A DNA stretch of 38,337 nt from an uncultured Candidatus Poseidoniales archaeon (lineage in GTDB: Archaea; Thermoplasmatota; Poseidoniia; Poseidoniales; Poseidoniaceae), in the NCBI GenBank assembly GCA_964014905.1, contig CAXHCG010000001.1:1-38337 (forward strand), read 5' to 3'. Both the position numbers and the translations under genes were made by a program. Positions 25,101-35,100 of the stretch are shown here, piece by piece. The notes below the pieces were generated by a model. The model did no database searches, was not told the DNA's origin, and saw only the letters and a list, made by a program, of their open reading frames with translations. Numbering within the stretch: the first letter of the stretch is position 1; every line of letters starts with the position of its first letter.

Positions 25101-26871
25101 CCCCGTTGCTGTTGCTCATCAACTCAAAGTTGTGCACGGACACATGGGCTTCGACGGGCTGGCCGGCAAGGTCGGTGAAGGTGACATCGGTTTCCAAGAA
25201 ACGGTAGGATGCAGAGGTGCTGACGGTTGGGTTGTAGGTTGAGCCGTAATACAGGGTCCCGTCTCCCAAAGCATCGGCGGACGATTGAGCCGTGTTTAGC
25301 GGTGAAAAACTGCGCACGGTAGCGGTGCTGTCCGTGGAGAGCATCAGCGGTGTTTCATGCAGTTGTGCGGTCCAAGATGAGACATGAAGCGAGGCACTGC
25401 CTTCCATCAATACGCCCTGGTCTTGGGCGACGGTGGTAAGGTCTGTCCCTGAGAAGGTGGAGTCGATGAGGTGCAAGCCAACAAGACTGCCAATGTTGAG
25501 CTCAACGGTCGGAGCAACAACGTTGCTGTCTTCGAGAAACAGGCCTGTCGAGACGTTTCGGGAGGTGAAGTGCTCAAGGGCAAGGTCACTGTACCATGCG
25601 TTCAACCCGATGGAGGTCTGGTCGGCAGACGTGAAGGGTTTTTCCACCATGATTTCCGACCACGCATGTTGGCCTCCGAGAAGGAAAATCCCCGTGGCTT
25701 GGTTGGATGTCAATTCAACCTCAACGTCGGTCAGGGAACTGGTGGGCGTCTGCACCGAAAGGCCGGTCGTCGAGGCGTTCACCGATAGATTGGTCCATTC
25801 AGCGTGCCCTGAACCGGAGGCTTCAACCGCTTGCTCAACGGCATACACGGAGACGTTGTCCATGACCGAAGTCCCTGAACCGGACCACGAAACACCGACC
25901 CGTGGGTCATTGATGGTTGAATCCTCCACGGTGCATTGGCCTTCACATCGAACGTCCACGGCCGGGCGCATTTCGTCGGCTGTCGTGGACGTAAAGTCAA
26001 CGCCAGAAACATGCACGTGGGACGTCCCCTGGCCGACCATCAAGCGTCCACCTTGGAGGCTCCCTGTCGTCAGCGAAAAGTCATCAGCGTCCCCTGCATC
26101 GATTGCAAGCGGCATCCCATGGCCATTGAACCGAGACACCGTGGACGATGCCCCCGAAACGGTGGCGATACCGACGCTGGCGTTCTCAACGGTAATGCCG
26201 TCAAGCGTAAGGACGCCCCCGAGGGATTGCACGCCGACTCCGGCTTGCTTAACAACAAAATCCTCGATGTGAGACGTGCCTTGATTGGCCAATCCAACGG
26301 CCACTTCATTGACCGTTCCGTTCGTCAAATTCAGAGCACCATGCTCAACGTAAACGGCTTCGTAATCCATTCGGTTGGCTTCCAACCCGTCAACGGTAGC
26401 GGTGCCTCCCATCACTGAAAGACCTCGATACGCGTCGTTGAACACCGTGCCGGATGCGTTGAACGTTCCCCTCACCAAAACCCCTGCCGAGGCGTTTGAT
26501 ACGGAGACATCGGTGAAGTTCGCTTGACCGCCGGTTTCAATCACGATTCCAAGCCACAACCCTTGCCCGTGGGACCCTTGCGTTTCTGGAACGATCGACG
26601 AGAAGAAGGAGGCTTGGTCGGCCACCATTGAGCCTTCAACAATAACGCTGTACGACTTAGCGTCCACGGTTGTACCTGGAGCAACGGTCAATGTGGCCCC
26701 GTTGGCCACCGTCACGTTCCCGGAGAGAACCATATCGCCCGACCACGTGGTGTTCACCGAAACCGTGCTGTCAACGGCCGTTGCCATCGGCAAGAGCACG
26801 ACGACGAGGAGGAGAGAAATCATGCCGTACGCACGCTGTTGTCCCATGGTGTTGCGTTGAAGTGGCGCCAT
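22183..26871 (-). CDS. giant surface protein B (about 1,560 aa). Architecture: signal peptide, long parallel beta-helix (PbH1-like) repeats, Ig-like modules, TSP3-like acidic Ca-binding loops, and a C-terminal TM anchor.
   Basis: Uninterrupted 4.7 kb ORF.
- N-terminus: MAPLQRNTMGQQRAYGMISLLLVVVLLPMATAVDS (ATGs at 26871, 26847 and 26821; the ORF-track 26895 is GTG).
- Repetitive G/T/S/V/N-rich beta-helix-type turns, for example NVTVANGATLTVAPGTTV, FTDVSVSNASAGVLV and ITVENASVGIATV.
- C-terminal region: YDEDDDNDGFSDSKDAFPLDPCAQIDTDGDTQPDDLDCPEG...DMDDDGDGTPDLLE.
- TM helix LMVVLALFVVVVLMFFA followed by RLRRGG. Confidence 0.86.
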   Translation of the reverse strand: MAPLQRNTMGQQRAYGMISLLLVVVLLPMATAVDSTVSVNTTWSGDMVLSGNVTVANGATLTVAPGTTVDAKSYSVIVEGSMVADQASFFSSIVPETQGSHGQGLWLGIVIETGGQANFTDVSVSNASAGVLVRGTFNASGTVFNDAYRGLSVMGGTATVDGLEANRMDYEAVYVEHGALNLTNGTVNEVAVGLANQGTSHIEDFVVKQAGVGVQSLGGVLTLDGITVENASVGIATVSGASSTVSRFNGHGMPLAIDAGDADDFSLTTGSLQGGRLMVGQGTSHVHVSGVDFTSTTADEMRPAVDVRCEGQCTVEDSTINDPRVGVSWSGSGTSVMDNVSVYAVEQAVEASGSGHAEWTNLSVNASTTGLSVQTPTSSLTDVEVELTSNQATGIFLLGGQHAWSEIMVEKPFTSADQTSIGLNAWYSDLALEHFTSRNVSTGLFLEDSNVVAPTVELNIGSLVGLHLIDSTFSGTDLTTVAQDQGVLMEGSASLHVSSWTAQLHETPLMLSTDSTATVRSFSPLNTAQSSADALGDGTLYYGSTYNPTVSTSASYRFLETDVTFTDLAGQPVEAHVSVHNFELMSNSNGALTLPLVSGGSVVDVTLEGAGTRVTLYGGQTGQSVQIPVIPVGDWTISSGQDVVLGPRPDGQPHQLSGDLTVANNAVLTLVSSNVILSQGHTISIEGTGQLIGEAASIAADSVQASGQSLLTGAESGSLTVEANVQWGCMSARSVQHLTITGDLTVQPGCQIDVLGGGVEGTVLALTGAEFTSSSTLELLVLDKGEPVEDALISIEGAVAMTDESGQLSTQTVAQRVTDTGETWGGTKTVMLQRNNFSDFVTWDTNRSLSHTFMASTVPVGDVSGWLVLERQWSPYTLDSSLVLQSDSTMTIQDGVSLRISEGVTITVNGVFDAGEATLSSTGYGARWGGLMLGSSTAAAVELSGTQLVESAPALTVSGLGSVQADDVFFARSASDPLVVVETGNAAELVLRNSHLQNGSGCAHLYPSTGLVTFSNVSFADCEEQAIWAQQTPLQFNAITLAEGTDWGMELTGVSGSVSGVDATAFDGSGAIVSLNSLSAGFLLSDVEGEVTGQGGIVGENNEDITLERIVLNGAPAIDVDRTSGLFSDITLNGDGVGTAFTTHHGRSADSLVVDRLNVSGYSVGVSLHSDLGEISAPLILREAHVMVSSALATESYPVRLESSQLIGALDLAQTTVHSVDGQVGSVTVGEGGEYSAFRTVTLDARKNGLPVPALFDVSYGDDLLSPFSVEGTTVDVELLLRTVIEDSEGVANQWAVQATVTGSPVAQLVVDSPTTSSAVLVINVLVNQAPAAELLEPYAGQRVMEGDSLRASASYSDDMDGLAELVLSWRIYDMQGNTVLQGGDEPVYNITDLTAGFYIVEVTVTDSFGLAASASMDFEYTLLDTDNDWSASCSATTWFDPNTGKSCGPNIYDEDDDNDGFSDSKDAFPLDPCAQIDTDGDTQPDDLDCPEGYSSWLTEDMDDDGDGTPDLLEGVEYSDDDVNVNGLMVVLALFVVVVLMFFARLRRGGPGDLTSLDEKHL

Positions 26872-26921
26872 ATCAACCCCGAGGCTTCGCGACACAGAAA
26901 GTGTTCACACCTTTCAAAAAA

Positions 26922-26999
26922 TGGTGGGCCCGCCCGGATTTGAACCGGGGTCTGACGGCCCCCAGCCGCCAAGTATAGGCCAAGCTAACCCACGGGCCC
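26922..26999 (-). tRNA. tRNA-Pro (anticodon GGG), with the 3' CCA encoded
   Basis: Hand-folded from the reverse complement: GGGCCCGTGGGTTAGCTTGGCCTATACTTGGCGGCTGGGGGCCGTCAGACCCCGGTTCAAATCCGGGCGGGCCCACCA.
- Acceptor stem: GGGCCCG/CGGGCCC.
- Anticodon stem GGCGG/CCGTC with loop CTGGGGG.
- T arm: CCCGG-TTCAAAT-CCGGG.
The D stem is imperfect. Confidence 0.85.
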
Positions 27000-27009
27000 G
27001 AGGAGTTCC

Positions 27010-27216
27010 TCAGCTGCGCGCTGCACTGAACGGTGCGACCTCTTCGATGAGGTCGAGGTGTCCAACGTACATACGGCGGCAACAATAGCGCTTCAGGCCA
27101 ACGGCGTCCATGGCTTCGGAATCCGTTTTTCCATCGGCAACCAATTGCTTGTATTCTTCCCACTTGTGAGCAATCACTGAGCCACAACTGAAACATCGTA
27201 CTGGAATAATCATCAT
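27010..27216 (-). CDS. rpoN: DNA-directed RNA polymerase subunit N (Rpo10/RPB10 homologue)
   Basis: M(M)IIPVRCFSCGSVIAHKWEEYKQLV...GLKRYCCRRMYVGHLDLIEEV shows the canonical zinc-bundle CxxC...CC motif. GGTGAG lies just upstream. Confidence 0.92.
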   Translation of the reverse strand: MMIIPVRCFSCGSVIAHKWEEYKQLVADGKTDSEAMDAVGLKRYCCRRMYVGHLDLIEEVAPFSAARS

Positions 27217-27222
27217 CTCACC

Positions 27223-27654
27223 TCATCGGTACGACTTTTGCTTCTTGCGACGAGCGCCACGGCCAAGTTGGTGCTTTGGCTCCTTTCGGCGTGGGTCGTT
27301 CACAAGCAGGCTGCGGTCGAAGCGCAGATACTCATCTCGAAGTTCTTCGTCAACGCCTTCAGCGCCGCCGTTGTAGTGGACAAGCCCACGAGCGATGGCG
27401 GTTCGGATGGCGTCGGTCTGTCCCATGATGCCACCGCCATTGGTGGTGATGGAAATGTCAACTTTGCTGAGTCGATTCATGGCGTCGGCGATGACCAACG
27501 GCTCCATCGACTTGCGACGGGCCAAGGAGGGCTGCAAGATTTCAATGGGCTCGGAGTTCACACGAACACGGCCTTTTCCAGCCTTGACGCTCGCACGAGC
27601 GACGGCGGTCTTGCGCTTTCCAGAGGATTCAACGGACTTCTTTTTGCGTGCCAT
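27223..27654 (-). CDS. rps9: 30S ribosomal protein S9 (uS9)
   Basis: Translation shows MARKKKSVESSGKRKTAVARASVKAGKGRVRVN...GGGIMGQTDAIRTAIARGLV...DPRRKEPKHQLGRGARRKKQKSYR. The ATG at 27652-27654 overlaps the L13 stop (TGATG). Confidence 0.93.
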   Translation of the reverse strand: MARKKKSVESSGKRKTAVARASVKAGKGRVRVNSEPIEILQPSLARRKSMEPLVIADAMNRLSKVDISITTNGGGIMGQTDAIRTAIARGLVHYNGGAEGVDEELRDEYLRFDRSLLVNDPRRKEPKHQLGRGARRKKQKSYR

Positions 27655-28151
27655 CACTGGTCACCTCCCGTCCATCGGTGAGCGGGTGCTCCCAAGTTTG
27701 CACTGACATCACCCAGTCGGATGTATCGGTCAGGCAAATCACGGCGGAATTTGCTATCGTCTCCTTGTTGATGGCCTTCTGGCATATCGCCTGAAAGGTG
27801 GTTCGGGCAACCGATCTCAACGCGAAGGTTTCGAAGGGCACGGCGGCCGCTGCTCTTCTTCTGGTAGGGCAACATGCCTCGAACGGCGCGCTTGAGAATC
27901 ATGTCGGGCATACGGGGGAAGAACGGTCCTTTGCGGGCGTGGTTCAACTCGTACTTCTTGTGGTAGTTCTCAAGGACGGATTGTCGGCTACCTGAAATGA
28001 TGGCCTTCTCTGCGTTCACGATGATGACTTTGTCATCACGGTCTTCGCGGGCAGCCTTCAGCAGAAGGTCGGCAGAAGCAGAAGCCAGGCGACCGAGAAT
28101 CAGCCCGTCTGCGTCAAACACGTAGGTGGTTTCATCAGCCAAGGATAACAA
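27654..28151 (-). CDS. rpl13: 50S ribosomal protein L13 (uL13)
   Basis: Translation shows VFDADGLILGRLASASADLLL...KVIIVNAEKAIISG...RAVRGMLP, which is typical of L13. No in-frame ATG lies near the N-terminus. The start is probably TTG at 28151 or 28142, overlapping the L18e 3' end. Confidence 0.88.
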   Translation of the reverse strand: MLSLADETTYVFDADGLILGRLASASADLLLKAAREDRDDKVIIVNAEKAIISGSRQSVLENYHKKYELNHARKGPFFPRMPDMILKRAVRGMLPYQKKSSGRRALRNLRVEIGCPNHLSGDMPEGHQQGDDSKFRRDLPDRYIRLGDVSANLGAPAHRWTGGDQ

Positions 28152-28500
28152 CCCCCGTTCCTGTTGGGTTTTCGTTCATCAGCTCGCTGTAGGTCATGAT
28201 TCGACCTCCAGCGGCCTCAATCTTCTCACGGGCACCGTTGCTGACACTGTAGGCGGCGATGGTATGGCCGTTGGTCAACTCACCTGAGCCGAGCAGCTTG
28301 CCTGGAACGAGGATGGTCGCACCCTCGGGGGCATAGCGGCTAACACGGCTGAGGTTGGGTTGGGCCCAATTCTTGCGGCTCCTAGAGAGACGCAAGGCCA
28401 CATCTCGCCAAACTGCAGCTCCGGTGTCGCGAGACTGGGCTTTCAGTTGATTGATCATGTCAACCAACTGGGCGTTTGTCTTACGTTCTGGGTTGCTCAT
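28135..28500 (-). CDS. rpl18e: 50S ribosomal protein L18e (eL18)
   Basis: From the ATG at 28500 the translation reads MSNPERKTNAQLVDMINQLKAQSRDTGAAVWRDVALRLSRSRKNWAQPNLSRVSRYAPEGATILVPGKLLGSGEL...IAAYSVSNGAREKIEAAGG. GAGGGAG lies upstream. The ORF-track extension to 28608 was rejected. Confidence 0.88.
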   Translation of the reverse strand: MSNPERKTNAQLVDMINQLKAQSRDTGAAVWRDVALRLSRSRKNWAQPNLSRVSRYAPEGATILVPGKLLGSGELTNGHTIAAYSVSNGAREKIEAAGGRIMTYSELMNENPTGTGVVILG

Positions 28501-28619
28501 TTGACTCCCTCGATGCTTTGAAGCAACTTGCCGACCGTCCATCCCGTTATGAAGGCACCGACGCGAACGTAACTCCAATCGCGCCGGAGGGGGCCGGTTT
28601 TGACCCAAGTTAACACGGT

Positions 28620-29063
28620 TCAGTCAAGGAGGATTTCGCCCTTTGCATCGAGCAGTTCCACGGTCAATCCAGCTGCGCGTGCTTGGACGATGATTTCATC
28701 GTGCAGCATGTCTGAGAAGTCGTCGAGCGCGCCGAGGGCCGTGATGCCAGCCACATCGGTCAATCGGTCGATGAGGTGGTTGAGAACACAACTAACGCCG
28801 TAGGCTTGACCGGCTCGGAAGGCATGGTCGGGCCCGCCCACTTCGGGATCTTCGGCTTTCATTCGAAGCATGACGGTTTGGGAGTAGGCCACCAAGGCAC
28901 CGTAAATCGCCTCGATAATCGCCGCTGCTTCAAGGTCGCCAAGCAACATTTGTGAATCAGCCAGGGCGGCGCGCACGGCGCTTTCGTAGATTCCGTGGGC
29001 ACCAATGGTGTCCGTCGTTTCAATTTGCATGGCTTGGTCAATGAGTGCCTTCCAGTCGTCCAT
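28620..29063 (-). CDS. hypothetical acidic, probably all-helical protein (147 aa)
   Basis: ATG start. It is the only substantial ORF between giant gene C and rpl18e. No family was recognised. Confidence 0.45.
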   Translation of the reverse strand: MDDWKALIDQAMQIETTDTIGAHGIYESAVRAALADSQMLLGDLEAAAIIEAIYGALVAYSQTVMLRMKAEDPEVGGPDHAFRAGQAYGVSCVLNHLIDRLTDVAGITALGALDDFSDMLHDEIIVQARAAGLTVELLDAKGEILLD

Positions 29064-29159
29064 GGACCACTACACCACACTCCACCCTTTGAAGGTTAAG
29101 GAGGCCAAAGGTCTGGCTTGCGCTCAACGTGCTTTGCCCCAAAGAGCCAACGAACCGCT

Positions 29160-32100
29160 TCAAATCTTGAAGTCGCTGCTCTCGCCTTCGTCAATACCTG
29201 CTTGCCGTACCGAGCCGTCAGCGGCGACAAACTCACCGGCCTTGGTCAGGTTGTCGTAGATGCTGGAGGCATCGATTCGCTTGACAACGGATTCCTCACC
29301 AAGCGACATCGTCAACGAATTCGTGATGGCTCCAAGGGTCTGCATGGCACGATCTCGGTGGGTGGCATCAATGGTGTGTTCGGAATACCGGGCTTCTTCA
29401 AAGATTGAGAGGAAGTCGTCCAGTTGGTCCGTTGGTACCATGTTGAAGGCCAGACGAACGGCGGCTTCGAACTCACGGGCCGTCTCGTACACCTTCTTCA
29501 TGAAGCCATACTTTCGGAAGTGCTTAACGAGGCTCTTGTAGCAGTCAAAGATTGCTGCAATGTATTCGTTGCTGGCTTCAAGTTGCATCATCGCATCGGT
29601 CAAAATACCGCGGAGGGCTTGCACTTGGCGTTGTTGCTGCACGCGCTGATAGTAAATCGCCCCTGCGATGAGAAGCGCCATCAGAACAATGGCAAAGCCG
29701 ATGAGGTTGCCAGGCGACAATAATCCATTGGAACCACCGAGGGCTTCGGCCTTCTTGTACGTGATTTCGTGCGTGATGTTGTCCTGAGACGGCGCGAAGT
29801 ACGTTGAGCCAGAGTAAAAGGCCGTGACGCGCCAGAGACCACTGCACGGGTTGCCATCGCAGCTCTGTCCGACAAAGGACCACTCAAATCCAGCAACGCC
29901 TTGCTCGTTCGTCCGGGTTTTGTTGTTCAGGTCAGAGACTTCCCACTCACCGGTTTCATCGTTGAAGAACTCGTAAGCAAAGATGACCTCTTCGTTTTCA
30001 ACGGCCAAGTCAAGGCGGTCTCGCAAAAGTGCGATTTGTCCGGTGATCAAATCACCTTCGTCAGCACCGTTTGCACCGCTGTTACTCCACGTTTGCTTCA
30101 CCTGCAAGTCGACTCGAGAGCGAACGAGAATCTCAATGTCCATGGCTGAACCATTGAGAGCGTTACTGCTGTCCTTATCGCAACCGCCAGGGATGTTTCG
30201 GTCCGGCTCAAAGGCAACACGGAGGGTTCGGAAACCTTCCAGTTTACCACCGGTCGTCTCAACGCCTCGGAGGGTCGGGTTCTGAGTTGGGTCGCCACTG
30301 AACCACTCAACGGTGCCGTCGATATCGCTTGTTCGGACCGTGGCAAGGGGCCGAATGTTCTCCTCGGGGTCGAGGTAGATGTTCAGGCACTTTCCACCGA
30401 CTGCCTGTCCGTTGGACTGGGCAAGTAGGGCATCAATGTGGAACGACTCCTTGAGATAGAGGACTGGGTACCTCGATCCGTTTTGTGCAACATACTGGTC
30501 AACACTGGACTTGAACGGGCCAACTTCAGTGATCTGCAAGGTTGAGTTGGAGAAGACATCAAACTCGGTTTGGACGGTCTTGTTCTCGTAGCGATACGCG
30601 TCGTTGTTGTCGTAGGCAGAATACGACACAGAGACCCTTGCTTTGCCGGCCATCACGTCGGAAAGCGGGCAGATGATGGAAAAGAATCCGTCAATGTTGG
30701 TCGTGCCGGATTGACAAGCGACAGGGCCGGTCTGGCCGTTGACCATCTCGTAATTCACGCGAATGCTTCGGTCGGTGAGGTTCACTCCCAACTCATCGCT
30801 GAGTTGTCCGGTGACGATCATCGGCTTAGGCACGACTTCGCCTGTAAGCGGGTCGATTTCGCTGGTGTAGACGATTTGGTCATCCACGGTCATAACGGTC
30901 CGGCCAATGAGGTTGAACCCGTTGGCGTTGTTGGTCATGGTAAGGCGGAAATGGTCGTTCCCCGGAACGGAGGTGCACGGATCCCATGCGCCTTGAATGC
31001 CGAGGTAGCTGACGTCAAGTGGTTGACAACCCTCGTTTGGCAGGGTTTCTTGGAACCGCAGAATCACGTTCACTGGACCGAATCCATCGGGTAGGAAGGA
31101 TTCGGGGTCTGCACGAAGCAGGGATGGATTCAGTGGAGAGATGTTGGATTTCAAACACCCAACGGTCTCTTCGACTTCCAGCCCATCCCCGTCAAGGTCT
31201 CGGTCAGGTACGTTGTCGCCATTACCGTCATAGTAGCACAGGTGAGAGCCGTCAGGCTCGACTTCTGGCAGCGAGATGACCCCCGCATTTGGTGCAAGGG
31301 TTGCGACGACCTGCCTGTGCAGGGTTCCCTGGAAGTCCGTTCCTTCAAAGATCACGTCAACCAAGCCACCGTAGGGTGTTTCTGGTCCGGACAGAGCCGT
31401 TCCACCTGAATCCCTTATGCTGGTTTTGTTGTCGTCTGAAACCTGAGCTGTGAAATCCCATTTGTCGCCAGAGCGCCGGAGATTTTCTTCGGTGCTGATG
31501 ACCTGCATGTACGTTCGAGAGACCACCCATACCGATTGAGAGACCGTCGTTCCCTTCAGCAGGGATGTCCCGGAATACTCAAACTGCAAAGTGAAATTGC
31601 CGAGAGCATCGGTGGCTGAAACGTTAAACGGAATTTCGAAGAAACCGTTGCTGTCCGTGAAGTTAACACCCGTGCGTCCGTCAAAGGACCAGGTGTAATT
31701 CACCGGAGCATTTCGGACCGGTTGGAGTGAATTGTCAACCAGCTTGGCCTGAATGGTCGTGTTCGTGTTTCGATACAACCGGGGCAACGACGTCGTCTGG
31801 AAATCGGTCGTACCAACAACGGTGACGTTGATGTAAGCGCCCGTTGGGGCCAGCGTTGACGAGTTGCCGGTGAAGTAGTACGCTGAATTGGTGAAGTCAA
31901 CTCGGAGGCCGTAGGTGCCTGAACCGTATTGACTGAACCACGACCAGTTGTAATCGTAGGCTGCGTCGCCGTCCTTCATGATTGGGCGCTGCGTGTAAGC
32001 GGTCTCGCCTGCACCGAGGAATTGACCGTTCTTGTCAACGTCAACCTGCAAGGCAATGGGGTCTTGGTCCCATGGATCGTTGGTACGGTTGGTCACTTTG

Positions 32101-35100
32101 CCCACGACTTGAAGGGATTCGCCCGTGTTCATTTCCGGAACGATTTCACAGCGAACGGCACTGTTTGGATCCGTTCGGTCCACAGGTCCACAAGGTGGTA
32201 GATTGCTGTCGCCGCCGTTCACCAAAGCGATGAACCAGTGCGTACCGTTGCCGCTCAAGAACGGACGTAGCGCAGCGGCTTGGCCGGTCAAACCAGTCGG
32301 CGTACCGTCCCAGGACTTCGGATAGGGTTTGAAGGCTGAGACATCGTTGTAATTCACGCCAGCGTTGTCCAGGGCAGGTTGGTGGAAGAGCGTCGACCAA
32401 TCCCCGAAGGTCCCGTCGCCATTGTTGACGGTTGAGTCGTAATAGAAGATGGGGCTTAGGCCGTCAAGAATCAGCGTTCCTTCGATGTTCATTCGGTGCA
32501 TGATGCGAACCGAGAACGGTTCGGCCTCATCGCCGTTCAAGTACGGGAACGGCCATTCTGTCGCCAGTTCGGGAGATACCCGAGCAATGATTTCAATGTC
32601 CCCGGCAGGAAGGCTGGTGTTGGTGTAGTTGTAGCGCAAAACGTCCCCGTTGCTGTCCAGGACAACGTCATGTTGCTTGGTCAAATCGTTCCATGCAATT
32701 TCTTCATAGCCGCCCGGAATCTGTCCGTTTCCGTTGTCGGCTGTCGAGTTCCATTGAACCTGCTTCCATGTGCCACTGATGCCCAAATCCTGAACGAATG
32801 TCAGTGAAGCCCATCCAGAAGCGTCGGTTCGGTAGCCGTTGTTGCCCAAACCGGTAAAGTTGGTTGGTGCGGTTAAGTTCCCAAACAGTCCTCCGAAGAT
32901 GGAGAAGGTGATCGGTGAATTCTTGATGCGGTTGTCAAAGAGTCCCCGGTCCCAGTCGGCCGAGTAGTGGGCCTTGAAATCAAGCCAGAACGGTTGTTCG
33001 TCGCTGCGGAAGTAGGTCCACGCCGAATAGTCCACGGTCATGTTGGCTTCGGCGCCAACAAAGTAGGACTGCGATTGATTGCCGTTGAACATGAACATCT
33101 CGGTGACTTCTGCATACACTCGGTAGGTGGAGTTGTCGCCAACGGTCAAATCCTCCGGGAAGAGGAATTGACCGACGCTGAAGTTTCCACCTGCATTGGT
33201 CAGGACGTCGATGGTCTCAATGGCCGTGGTGTTGTTTGCGGTCCACTCGATGTGAACCTGTACGGGCAATTGTGGAGCAGATTCAACCACACCTGTGATT
33301 GGATTTAGCCAATCAACATGTCCAGCGAAAATCGTCGGGCTCTGTGCGTCCAACCAAAGATTGTCTGGAAGGTTGAGCGTGATGTACGTGGGCGCTTTAT
33401 CGTCGGCGTCAAGGATGCCGTCGTTGTCGTGGTCCCAATCCGAAGACAGTTCCGAGTTTTCGATTTGGTCGAAGTCCGGATCGGCGCGTGTGTCGTTGTC
33501 GTCATCGTTGTCAATCGCGTCAGGTCCGGTGGATGTGTCGCTTGGATTGGCAATTCCTTCACCGTCGCCAAAGTCATCGTGGTCCCAAGGGTTGGTGGAG
33601 TTGCGGTCAAACCGTGTGGGCCAAAGCAGGACTTCGTCTTCGTCGTGCATTCCGTCCTCGTCATCGTCCTCGTCCAGATCGTCTCTGGCCCCGTCGTTGT
33701 CGTGGTCGAATGGAGCAGTGATGCTGACTTGCAGTTCCACCAAGTTCGAGATGCCGTCGCCGTCCCAATCATCGTCAGCCCAGTTCACAATGCCGTCGTT
33801 GTCGTAATCCCAAGTGGATTGCTCTTCGCCCCAGAAACAACCCTGAATTTGTTCTTGATCAACGTCCAAGCGTCCATCGTTGTCGTCATCGGGATCCTCG
33901 CCATCAGGGATGGCATCGTTGTCGTTATCAACGTCGTAGAGGCTTGGCGTACGAAGCCCTTGGGACATGATGCCTTGGTCCCAAACGGCTTGGTAAAAGC
34001 CGTCGTCGTCCGCATCTGCGTCGTTTCCATCGTCGTCGTTATCGTCGCAATTTGACCCCGTGAAGAAGTTCCCGTTGTTTTGTCCAGTATCGTCGTCGAG
34101 GTCGAAGTTACTGTCGACTTCAAAGAAGTCCCAAACACCGTCATTGTCGTCGTCAACGTCGAACCAGTCAAAGATTGAGTCATAATCGTCATCGAGGTCA
34201 ACGGTCGAGTTGGTGAAGTCCCCGTCAACGTCTCCGTCAACGTCGTTGTTGAGCAAATCAGCGCCAAGTTCGTCAGGGAAATCGGCCTCAGGACCGTTGT
34301 CGCTGTTCCACTGCCAGATGCCGGTGGTAAGGCCAATCCATGCGTTGTAGGCGTCTCGGTTATCGTTCATCTGGTTGAATGTGATACCGGAGTCGACGGT
34401 TCCGTCGCCTCCAAAGTCGTAGTGCCAGCAACCGATGCCTTCGACGGGCGTGCAGCTCCAGTTGCCCGAGGGGCCGCCGGGGGTTGGTCCTTGGTCGAAC
34501 GATGCGTCGGGTCGAGTGGAGTAAGGTGCACCAAACTGTGCGTTGACGCCGTTGAGTGGCATCTTGTAGGCGAGGGCGTAGGCGTAGCCACAAACGAACC
34601 CTTGACCGAGGTTGCCTGCTGTCCAGCCGCAGGTTGAAAGGTCAAATGAACCGCCCATCTTGATGTCGTCAACGTCAAGAACGCCGTCGTTCCCTTCGTC
34701 TTGGTCCCACCAGTCAGGCATTCCATCTGCATCCTGGTCGATGTCCAAGCCGTTGATCAGCGAATCTCCATCGGAGTCAATGTCCCATTCATTTCCTCCG
34801 TTGTAGGGCGACCATCGGGCGAACAAGAACCAGTAAAATTCCGGAACGGTTCCAGGGGTAGGGGGGTTGGTGGTGGCGTCGTAGCCGTTGTAATTGAGAA
34901 CCACATCAGCGAAGGGATAGTGCTGGAAAACAAGGTTCCAGTGGTCCGTTGCGTTGGTGCCGTAGAGTTGGCTGTCTGCAGACCCGTCGAGGTTACCGCC
35001 GTCGTTCACAGGATAGTAGGGGGTGGCGAACAGGTCGGTCGCGTCAAAGTCAACCAGGCCACAATTTCCGTCATCGGGGTCGTACAGGTCAGCGATACCG

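Noticed and set aside
25433-26272. 279-aa plus-strand ORF, and other ORFs of 60-160 aa, opposite gene B.
   Set aside because: They are antisense to an uninterrupted 4.7-kb ORF with coherent beta-helix repeats, and they have low-complexity Ser/Thr/Pro/Arg composition.
29139-29151. Small hairpin (ctttg-ccc-caaag) downstream of gene C as a terminator.
   Set aside because: The stem has only 5 bp with a 3-nt loop, and no following U-tract on the transcribed strand. This is too weak to call.
33318-34055. Long plus-strand ORFs rich in Val/Ile opposite gene C and gene D: 245 aa here, plus 36231..36947, 35202..35726, 34701..35135 and 37565..37996.
   Set aside because: They are mirror images of the Asp/Asn/Gly-rich TSP3 repeats, because GAC/AAC/GAT read antisense give GTC/GTT/ATC. 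They have no start context and extreme composition, and they lie entirely inside an 8.1-kb uninterrupted sense ORF with recognisable motifs.
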